Of a DNA stretch of 64,000 bases, positions 28,356 through 36,120 are shown in pieces. The notes under the pieces are model-generated. The model worked only from the letters and a program-made list of their open reading frames with translations, searched no databases and had not been told where the DNA came from. Made by a program: the position numbers and the translations under genes. How positions within the stretch are numbered: position 1 is the first letter of the stretch; each line of letters starts with the position of its first letter. This stretch comes from Candidatus Latescibacterota bacterium (GTDB lineage Bacteria > Latescibacterota > UBA2968): positions 4,354-68,353 of the forward strand of contig JAYODI010000006.1 of assembly GCA_038279365.1 (NCBI GenBank), in the 5' to 3' direction.

Positions 28356-29273
28356 ATGCCACATGTTCTTGTTGTTGGCAGTTCAAACACCGATTTGGTG
28401 ATGAATACCCCACGTTTACCCACCCCTGGTGAAACATTATTGGGGGCCACATTTTTCTCCGTTCAAGGCGGCAAAGGTGCCAATCAAGCCGTTGCTGCAG
28501 CACGTGCCGGTGCAAAAACCACGTTTATTGCACGTATGGGAAATGACAATTTTGGCCAACAAGCCTTATTGAGCTTACAAAAAGAAAACATTCATACCGA
28601 CCACATTCTATTAGACCCAGATTGGCCTTCGGGAGTGGCCTTTATTTTGGTCGATGACCATGGAGAAAACAGCATCATCGTAGCATCGGGAGCCAATGCG
28701 GCCCTATCACCCATTCAGCTTGAAACTGCCGAAAGAGTTTTTGAACACGCCGATATCTGCCTGCTTCAGCTTGAAACTCCCATAGACACCGTGCTATATG
28801 CTACGCAGTTGGCCAGCCAATACCAAACTCCCGTCATTCTCAACCCCGCCCCAGCCACACAGCTTCCAAGTGAAATATGGCCCCATCTGTATCTTATAAC
28901 CCCCAACGAAACCGAAACCGAAATGCTCACTGGCATTTCTCCCAATACCGATCAAAATGCACAAAGGGCAGCTCAGATGCTTTTAAACCGTGGTGTTCAA
29001 AATGTAATTATCACATTAGGCGCACGCGGAGCCCTTCTGGTTACCCCCACCCAAACCCATCACATAGCAGCCCCTCACGTAACCCCAGTCGATACCACTG
29101 CGGCAGGAGATGCCTTTAATGGTGCCCTTGCTTATGCCCTTGCCAATGATCAAACATTGCCACAGGCGACCCGTTTTGCCTGTGCAGCAGGGGCACTTAC
29201 CGTGACCCAAGCAGGCGCACAACCCGCGATACCCACAGCAACACAAATTTGGCAATTACTTAAAAATCAATAA
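28356..29273 (+). CDS. rbsK: ribokinase
   Basis: VVGSSNTDL, GGKGANQAVAAAR, TPNETE, DTTAAGDAF. Confidence 0.95.
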   Translation: MPHVLVVGSSNTDLVMNTPRLPTPGETLLGATFFSVQGGKGANQAVAAARAGAKTTFIARMGNDNFGQQALLSLQKENIHTDHILLDPDWPSGVAFILVDDHGENSIIVASGANAALSPIQLETAERVFEHADICLLQLETPIDTVLYATQLASQYQTPVILNPAPATQLPSEIWPHLYLITPNETETEMLTGISPNTDQNAQRAAQMLLNRGVQNVIITLGARGALLVTPTQTHHIAAPHVTPVDTTAAGDAFNGALAYALANDQTLPQATRFACAAGALTVTQAGAQPAIPTATQIWQLLKNQ

Positions 29274-29306
29274 AATATCCCAAAATATGCGCCCATAAAA
29301 TCACCC

Positions 29307-29335
29307 TTGACCCTTCGATCAGGTTGTCCTATATT
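29307..29335 (+). promoter_or_regulatory. putative sigma70 promoter
   Basis: TTGACC-N17-TATATT. Confidence 0.6.
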
Positions 29336-29421
29336 TTCCTTCCCGACTAAAGGGATCCCCCATTTTCCTTTCTCTCCCTTTAAGCCACCCCTGTTTGTAT
29401 TGAAACATAGAAAGGACTTTT

Positions 29422-29619
29422 ATGAGCTGGCGGGAAACAGATACCATCAAACTCGACTTTGAAGATTTGGTCAAAGAACTTGACCAGTTTGAACAAGACA
29501 TCCAATCCCTTCAAAGTCGTATCGACGATTTTATGAACGAAGCGCGACAAACACACGGTGACCCTGTAGAAACAGCCGAGGTAAGCGCATCTGACATGGG
29601 CGATATGAGTGGTACCTAA
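29422..29619 (+). CDS. small acidic coiled-coil hypothetical protein
   Basis: 65 aa, AAAGGA RBS, own promoter and terminator. Confidence 0.75.
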   Translation: MSWRETDTIKLDFEDLVKELDQFEQDIQSLQSRIDDFMNEARQTHGDPVETAEVSASDMGDMSGT

Positions 29620-29638
29620 ATAAGAAGCAGATCACTTT

Positions 29639-29682
29639 AAAAAAGCAATAGGCGGGGCAAATGCCCCGCCTATTGCTTTTTT
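29639..29682 (+). terminator. intrinsic terminator
   Basis: AAAAAAGCAATAGGCGGGGC/GCCCCGCCTATTGCTTTTTT. Confidence 0.92.
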
Positions 29683-29797
29683 ATTGCAAAATACTTTAGA
29701 TTATACAAAACCACAGGGGTGCCATCTGGTAAATTATGCGCAGTTCATGCATAAAATCCATTGCCCTTAGAACACAAAAAACGAAAGTTCGTAAACG

Positions 29798-29995
29798 ATG
29801 TTTATTACCCTTCTTTTTGCAGGCGTCCTCATCGTGGTTGTCGCACTCAAATATTTACACAAACCTACCCCACGTTGCCCAGAATGTCACACCCCCCGAG
29901 ATGGTGACCACCCCATTTGTGAATGTGGGTATGTGTTTGAATTTCCCGATGACGACGAACCTTTTGAATACAGTGACTCTAATGACACCCCTTAA
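29798..29995 (+). CDS. small membrane-anchored zinc-ribbon protein
   Basis: N-terminal TM, CPECH...ICECGYVF, acidic tail. Confidence 0.7.
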   Translation: MFITLLFAGVLIVVVALKYLHKPTPRCPECHTPRDGDHPICECGYVFEFPDDDEPFEYSDSNDTP

Positions 29996-30007
29996 AAGGA
30001 ATCCGCT

Positions 30008-31045
30008 ATGAAATGCGCTTGGATATCTGCGCTTATTGTGAGCCTCTTAACCATTGGCCATTCCGTTCCCGTCGAAGCCGACATTGACTCGACCAACACG
30101 TTTACGTATTCAAGCATTGGAGATGTCGATGGTTCATTGGGGCTTATTGCACTCTATCTCAAACAACAAAATCGGCGAGAAGGTGCCACCTATGTATCTC
30201 GCGAAGTAGAATCAGGGATTGTTGGATATCAACTCAAATATTTTGATGATGGCAATGGCGATGTTGACAATGCCGATTGGTTCAGTGTAAAACGATACCG
30301 TATTCCTGCCGAACCTGACACACTCAAACCTGTGGGCTATTACAAAAGCGACTATATCGAACTGGTTGATTTGGGGTTGGACGGCCTTGATGCAAAAGAC
30401 TATTACTTTATCAAAGGTCGTCGATTCGATTTAAGAGGCCAAACGGAAGAGGTATTGCGTCAATATCAAGTACAAATAGAAAGCGGCGTAACGGCCTTTC
30501 TACAAAAAATCACTGCCGCAAAAGTTGCCGATGCCATTGGTTCAAAGGCACAAACTGGCATCAAAAAAACACAATCTTATGACGATGGCTCGTTGCCTGC
30601 TCGATTGGTATTCGGTTTGGATATGGGATATGTTTTTAAACCCATAGAGCGCAGTGGCAACAAACTCTCCGAAAAAGAGATGATTGAAGAAATTCGCCAA
30701 CGAGTGGGCTTTGTTTTTAGTGCCGCCGTCGAATATACCGATCTCAATGGCTATCGTTTTCGCGAAGTTGCCGATCAAACAGCCCTTTTGCAGCGCACGT
30801 ATGACCCCGTAGAAAAGATCATCCTCAAATTGGTCATAGATGCCCTCTTTGATACAGACGGTGATGGAGTGATCACCTCAGACAACATTTCAAATGGCTA
30901 CACCCGCTTTCGAGAAATTCACCAACAACTCATCGAGCAAGCCCGTGCCAAAAACCAACGTATTGTTTTACCAACCGACAAACTCTTCCAATTGCGTGAA
31001 GAATATCAGGCCCTTCATGGACAAGCTTATAAAATACCCAATTAA
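30008..31045 (+). CDS. secreted hypothetical protein with EF-hand-like loop
   Basis: signal peptide ending VEA, DTDGDGVITSDN loop; AAAGGA RBS. Confidence 0.8.
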   Translation: MKCAWISALIVSLLTIGHSVPVEADIDSTNTFTYSSIGDVDGSLGLIALYLKQQNRREGATYVSREVESGIVGYQLKYFDDGNGDVDNADWFSVKRYRIPAEPDTLKPVGYYKSDYIELVDLGLDGLDAKDYYFIKGRRFDLRGQTEEVLRQYQVQIESGVTAFLQKITAAKVADAIGSKAQTGIKKTQSYDDGSLPARLVFGLDMGYVFKPIERSGNKLSEKEMIEEIRQRVGFVFSAAVEYTDLNGYRFREVADQTALLQRTYDPVEKIILKLVIDALFDTDGDGVITSDNISNGYTRFREIHQQLIEQARAKNQRIVLPTDKLFQLREEYQALHGQAYKIPN

Positions 31046-31059
31046 ACGTTTCCAACCTT

Positions 31060-33003
31060 CTAATACACAGGAATGCGGTTCCCTGTTGTGCCTGTCATCA
31101 AGTCAATGACCAGCCAAAAACCCGCCACACCAATTTGCCCCAATATCACACCATAAACCAAATAGCGCGATCGGTTGTAAAGCGTAAGACTCCCAAAGCG
31201 CAACATCAAAGACTTCAACACCCACGCCAACAAAAACGGAAACCAAAGGGCATTCATAATCCACGCAGGGCTTACCATATATCCCAAGGGGCTTAACGGC
31301 CACCACGTAAAGCGATAAGACAACACCGTCAACAACGCCATTACCCCCGCACCAACACCCGTCCACATCCAACCACCTGCATCGGCCAATGTGGGGTTGC
31401 GCAATTTGTTGGCAGCAATGGCCGCAGGAAACTGTGCAAACCCCTGAAAGTATTGCTGGTGTAAATTGGCCGCACCGTGTTGATGCCCCAACCAAATCGT
31501 CACCCCCACAGAAACCACCAAACTGCACACCATGGCCAACAACAAGGCCCACACAAAACGCCACTTGCCCACCTTCACCTCATCGGCAATGCGCACCGAA
31601 TGTGCGGTGGGCACCATCATAAAGGTGAGCAAATCGCCACACCACACCAGCGTAAACCCAATGGCCACCACACCAGCCACACCCAATGCCTCAGAACCAA
31701 AAGCCGATAGCGTGAACCCAAGTGGGATCATAGCCGGTACAATGGTGGCCAACCCACCATCGGTTACTGAGCGTGTAAGTGCCACAAATATCACAAAGGC
31801 CACCAACACCACAACAGGCGCAATCCATAGCGGAATGCCCGTTTGCCACAACCACCCCACCATCACACTCCAGCCCACCACCAGCCCCCAAAATGCCCGC
31901 CGATACGACATCATCTCTTGCTGATCTTCGCCTCCTCCATTGCCCACAACAGCCGCCCAAACGGATTTTAAGTGCTGTCGCCCTGCCCACAAACCAAACA
32001 CCACCAGCACAATCATTGCCCCCATGCCTTGATGTGCAAATATGGGTGCAACAGGTCCAGAATCGGTCCACTCACCCAACTCTTCTTTGTTGCTAATGCC
32101 CAACACACTAAATGCACCAAACAAACAAACCTTAATCAAATAGAAAAACCACAAACTCAAACTCACCCGCGTATTGACCAAATACGCAAACCCCAGCATC
32201 AACAAGTTGGTTCGAAACTGTAAATTGACAGCACCACGGAAAAGACTCACACGCGGAATGCCCCCCCCAAAAGCAGGAAATGTTGGAAAATAGTGGTGTA
32301 TGGCCCCCCAAGACCCAATAATAAAGGGAATGGCAAACCCTGCCCACACCAAAGGATCGCGAAAGAATCTGGGAAACCGCGTTTTATCTACATCCTCCAC
32401 CATTGCCAGAGGCACTTGCATCACCGGATACGTTAAGCGTTCACGCTCAACCCATTGGCGCCGAAAAATAACCATCAAACACAACACCGACACCCACAGT
32501 GCCAAAAAGAAAATGCCCCACGCCAACAAGGGCTGAAACCAAATGGCCCAATCCGCTGTTTCATTTTTGGGCACCCCTTCAAAAAAATGTCTCAGCCCAA
32601 CTTCACCGTGCGCCACCATCCACGACTTGGTGTGCGGAATGAGAAGCTCCATCCACTGGTTCTCTGCCGAAGCATAATAGTGCGTCCCCGTAATCATCGA
32701 CAACAAAGGCCCCGTTACACCCCGCGTAGGAATGGCCGTGGCCACCATCATCATCCCAAAAACCAACAGCAATTCACTGCGTCTTAAACCCCAGTCTGGG
32801 CGAATTGTTTTCAGTAGAGGATTCACAATCAGCATCCACACCAAAAACACAAAAAATGCAGCCGGTGTTAAACTCGACAACCCCAACCGACTGCCGCGCA
32901 CCATCATTTCATTATAAGGCGTTGCCGCCGCAATCAACACCACCAAGCCAAGCCCAATCCACAAAGCATAAAGCCGAGGGGCATCCGAAGTCTCTTGTAT
33001 CAT
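31060..33003 (-). CDS. DUF6785/DUF6784-type polytopic membrane protein (putative transporter)
   Basis: 647 aa with many TMs; ELL.VF.MM.VA, FRRQWVERERLTYP, WWPLSPLGY, AWVLK..MLRFG motifs (family assigned from recall). Confidence 0.75.
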   Translation of the reverse strand: MIQETSDAPRLYALWIGLGLVVLIAAATPYNEMMVRGSRLGLSSLTPAAFFVFLVWMLIVNPLLKTIRPDWGLRRSELLLVFGMMMVATAIPTRGVTGPLLSMITGTHYYASAENQWMELLIPHTKSWMVAHGEVGLRHFFEGVPKNETADWAIWFQPLLAWGIFFLALWVSVLCLMVIFRRQWVERERLTYPVMQVPLAMVEDVDKTRFPRFFRDPLVWAGFAIPFIIGSWGAIHHYFPTFPAFGGGIPRVSLFRGAVNLQFRTNLLMLGFAYLVNTRVSLSLWFFYLIKVCLFGAFSVLGISNKEELGEWTDSGPVAPIFAHQGMGAMIVLVVFGLWAGRQHLKSVWAAVVGNGGGEDQQEMMSYRRAFWGLVVGWSVMVGWLWQTGIPLWIAPVVVLVAFVIFVALTRSVTDGGLATIVPAMIPLGFTLSAFGSEALGVAGVVAIGFTLVWCGDLLTFMMVPTAHSVRIADEVKVGKWRFVWALLLAMVCSLVVSVGVTIWLGHQHGAANLHQQYFQGFAQFPAAIAANKLRNPTLADAGGWMWTGVGAGVMALLTVLSYRFTWWPLSPLGYMVSPAWIMNALWFPFLLAWVLKSLMLRFGSLTLYNRSRYLVYGVILGQIGVAGFWLVIDLMTGTTGNRIPVY

Positions 33004-33307
33004 TCACAAACCTTTCGCTAAAATTTCCGCTCGCAAAATAACACACAACCCACGTAAAGCCAACACACAAAAAAAGGGTCTAAAAGAGTATCCACCCCTA
33101 TCTAGAGTCCGTGCTTATTATATTGTATGCACCTGCCTCAACCTACTGTTTTAAGAAAACATTTTTTATTATAAAATCACCAAAATAACAAAATATTATT
33201 TATTAAACACTTAAGCGAACAGTGCACGTCATATAATTTTTCATATTTTAAAATAACTAAGTATTGAAGCAAAATAATTTGTGAGTTTATCGAATCCACT
33301 GGCGGTC

Positions 33308-33375
33308 CAGCAGTCAACTTAAACCCTAATCCAAAAGGTAAGGATGAGTGGGCACAATGCTAATCGCAGACTGCT
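33308..33375 (+). repeat. dispersed element copy C (degenerate arms)
   Basis: CAGCAGTCAAC TTAAACCCTAATCCAAAAGGTAAGGATGAGTGGGC ACAAT GCTAATC GCAGACT GCT; core closely matches copy B. Confidence 0.8.
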
Positions 33376-33664
33376 TTTTATTCAAATGTGCCCAATAAAA
33401 GTGCGATGTCTTCACAAGCTATTGTGCTCAACAACTTATTTATCCAAACCAGTAATTAATATTATTTATCAATTCGATGAATATTATAAATTTTGAAAAT
33501 CCATCTGTATCCGTAAATTTTAAATGTCTCCTGTTTGTCCATGTTTGAGACAACATCCATCACGTATGTCACACCCCAATTTATCCGTTGCAAATTGTGT
33601 CATTGTCCCTTATCAATTATCACTTCTTGCACAGTCCCTTATTCACAGCCACTTGGAGTCTGCC

Positions 33665-35023
33665 ATGCCTCTCAATGCCATATCCCCACTCGACAATCGC
33701 TACACCAGCCAACTGACCGACCTTGTGCCTCACCTGTCTCATTTTGGCCTCATCTACTACCGCGTGCTCATCGAAATCGAATGGCTCCGTTTTCAGTCCA
33801 AACACCCCGACATCACCCACGTGCGTGCATTCACTGCCGAAGAAGACAAAACCCTCCAAAGCTGGTTGGATAACTTTGATGAAAAACAAGCCCAACGCGT
33901 TACCGCAATAGAACGCGAAACCAACCACGATGTGAAATCGGTTGAATACTATATCAAAGAACTGCTCGCTCCCACCACAATGGCCGATATCAGTGAGGCT
34001 GTTCACTTTGGGTGTACCTCAGAAGATATCAACAATCTCTCACATGCCCTCATGATCAAAAACGCCGTGGAAAAAGTTTGGCGCCCCCAAGCCGAAGCCC
34101 TCACCCAAGCCGTTGTTGAACGCGCCCAAGCCACCCGCGACATTGCCATTTTGGCCCATACACATGGCCAACCCGCCACGCCCACCACAATGGGCAAAGA
34201 AATGGCTGTGTTTGCTTATCGCTGGCAACGCCAACTCAAACAGCTCAACCACGTCGAATACCTCGGCAAATTTAACGGTGCCACAGGCAACTACAACGCC
34301 CACGTGTCGGCCTATCCCAATCTCAATTGGGAAAACATCGCTCGCGAATTCATCGAATCACTCGGCCTCACATTTAACCCACTCACCACACAAATTGATC
34401 CACACGACTACATGGCCGAAGTCTTTCACCTCATGATTCGCTTTAATACCATCACCCTCGACTTTTGCCGAGATATGTGGACCTATATTTCCATGGGCTA
34501 TTTCAAACAAAAGACAGTAGCAGGTGAAGTGGGTTCGTCCACCATGCCCCACAAAGTCAACCCCATCAACTTCGAAAATGCCGAAGCCAACATGGGCATC
34601 AGCACCAGCTTGCTCGAACATCTGGCCACCAAACTTCCCGTTTCGCGACTCCAACGTGATTTGTCAGATTCCTCTGCCATTCGCAACATGGGGCCTGCCA
34701 TTGCACACAGCAGCCTGGCCTTGCAATCGGCACTCAAAGGCTTGGCCAAAACCGAAATTAACGAAGCCCCCATTCAACATCACCTCAACACCGAATGGGC
34801 CGTTCTCGGTGAAGCCATTCAAACCGTAATGCGCAAAGCCGGCATCGCCAATCCTTACGAACAAATGAAAACCCTCACCCGAGGCGTACAAATCACCGAA
34901 CAAGACATACAAGCCTTCATCCAAAAACTAGACATCCCAAAAGAAGACAAAGACTACTTATCAAAACTCACCCCAGCAACCTACATCGGCATCGCTTCAC
35001 AACTGGTCGATCACGTCTCTTAG
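33665..35023 (+). CDS. purB: adenylosuccinate lyase
   Basis: AISPLDNRY, TNHDVKSVEY, HFGCTSEDINN, GSSTMPHKVNPINFEN; GGAG RBS. Confidence 0.98.
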   Translation: MPLNAISPLDNRYTSQLTDLVPHLSHFGLIYYRVLIEIEWLRFQSKHPDITHVRAFTAEEDKTLQSWLDNFDEKQAQRVTAIERETNHDVKSVEYYIKELLAPTTMADISEAVHFGCTSEDINNLSHALMIKNAVEKVWRPQAEALTQAVVERAQATRDIAILAHTHGQPATPTTMGKEMAVFAYRWQRQLKQLNHVEYLGKFNGATGNYNAHVSAYPNLNWENIAREFIESLGLTFNPLTTQIDPHDYMAEVFHLMIRFNTITLDFCRDMWTYISMGYFKQKTVAGEVGSSTMPHKVNPINFENAEANMGISTSLLEHLATKLPVSRLQRDLSDSSAIRNMGPAIAHSSLALQSALKGLAKTEINEAPIQHHLNTEWAVLGEAIQTVMRKAGIANPYEQMKTLTRGVQITEQDIQAFIQKLDIPKEDKDYLSKLTPATYIGIASQLVDHVS

Positions 35024-35045
35024 CAGTTGACTTTGCCCAAAAGAA

Positions 35046-35280
35046 CACACCTCTCCCTAAAACATCTCCCCGGTGGTGTGGGCCGTTGTGCAGTTGGTGC
35101 GGTGGTGGCGGGTGAGTGGTGTGGCGCGTGGAACGCGAGGTGTGATGTGGGAACGGCACGGGCAGGTAAGGGTGGTTTCTGTTAGAAATAAACACTGAGC
35201 AAAATTTAAGCCCCACGCAGTGGCACCTTTCTTTTGCCTACTTTTCTTGGGTGTTCAAGAAAAGTAGGTCGCCGAAGGCA
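35046..35280. repeat. REP-like palindromic element
   Basis: 13-bp hairpin CCTACTTTTCTTG/CAAGAAAAGTAGG (35237-35268), mini-hairpins CCAC-GCA-GTGG and GCC-GAA-GGC, G-rich tract. Confidence 0.6.
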
Positions 35281-35332
35281 AACAATATTAAAAAGTTAAA
35301 AACCTAAAATATTATCTCAAAAAGAGCCCCCA

Positions 35333-35899
35333 ATGCCATTCGAATTCAAACCCCTAAAAATCCCCGACGTCATCCTCATCACCGCCAAACAATTCCCCGA
35401 TGAGCGAGGTTTCTTCATGGAAACCTACAAAAAATCCGACTTCGAAGCCCACGGCATCACGCGCACATTCATTCAAGACAACTACTCTCGCTCTACCTAT
35501 GGTGTCTTGCGCGGTTTGCACTACCAAAAAGATCCCATGGCCCAAGGCAAACTCGTCTCTGTCATCAAGGGCAAAATATTTGATGTCGCCGTAGACATTC
35601 GCCAAGGTTCTCCCTACTTTGGCCAATGGGTTGGCGTTGAACTTTCTGACGAACGCCCCGAACTTCTCTGGGTCCCAGAGGGCTTTGCTCATGGCTTTTG
35701 TGTCATGAGTGAAACGGTCGACTTTACCTACAAGTGCAGCGGTGGTGAATATGCCCCAGACACCTATCGGGGCATCGCCTGGAACGACCCAGACTTGGAT
35801 ATTCCTTGGCCCGTAGAAACCCCCAACTTATCAGAACGCGACACACAACTCCCCCCACTCAAAGATGCCGACAACAATTATGTATACAAATCCGAATAG
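35333..35899 (+). CDS. rfbC: dTDP-4-dehydrorhamnose 3,5-epimerase
   Basis: DERGFFME, QDN.SRS..GVLRGLHYQ, FDVAVDIR.GSP.FG.W, PEGFAHGF. Confidence 0.97.
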   Translation: MPFEFKPLKIPDVILITAKQFPDERGFFMETYKKSDFEAHGITRTFIQDNYSRSTYGVLRGLHYQKDPMAQGKLVSVIKGKIFDVAVDIRQGSPYFGQWVGVELSDERPELLWVPEGFAHGFCVMSETVDFTYKCSGGEYAPDTYRGIAWNDPDLDIPWPVETPNLSERDTQLPPLKDADNNYVYKSE

Positions 35900-36065
35900 A
35901 CGAACCTGCGGGTGTGCGAAAGCGCAAGTTCTCGAAGAGAACGCACCGAAGGTGCCCCGCTGCTCACGTAATAGACGAATAGACGAATAGACGAATAGAC
36001 GAGGATATTTTGATCCGTTGATTCGCAGTTTCGTTAATTCCCTGACTCGTTGATTCGTTGACTCG
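35895..36065. repeat. octamer arrays with an embedded four-way-junction cloverleaf
   Basis: AATAGACG at 35895 and x4 at 35970-36001; TTGATTCG-like x7 at 36010-36065; cloverleaf at 35908-35960. Confidence 0.88.
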
Positions 36066-36120
36066 TCCCCTTTTTAATTTTACATTTTTAATTTTCTTCT
36101 TCCTTTCTCAAGGAGCCTTC

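Noticed and set aside
33345-33430. c-di-GMP-II riboswitch (minus strand) or twister ribozyme (plus strand)
   Set aside because: Only superficial word matches (TGGGCAC...GTGC; ATAAAAGTG); the kink-turn and twister core motifs are missing. Kept only as an unnamed structured candidate.
33524-33664. N-terminal extensions given by the ORF track for purB (and for purL, rlmD, secY, rpsE, rplE, tuf)
   Set aside because: Downstream starts have clear SD sequences and match family N-termini.
35908-35960. tRNA gene
   Set aside because: Only 53 nt, loops of 3-4 nt, no anticodon loop, T-loop or CCA end.
35895-36065. CRISPR array (also considered for the heptamer arrays)
   Set aside because: Units are 7-8 bp and directly tandem, with no unique 25-45 bp spacers and no cas genes.
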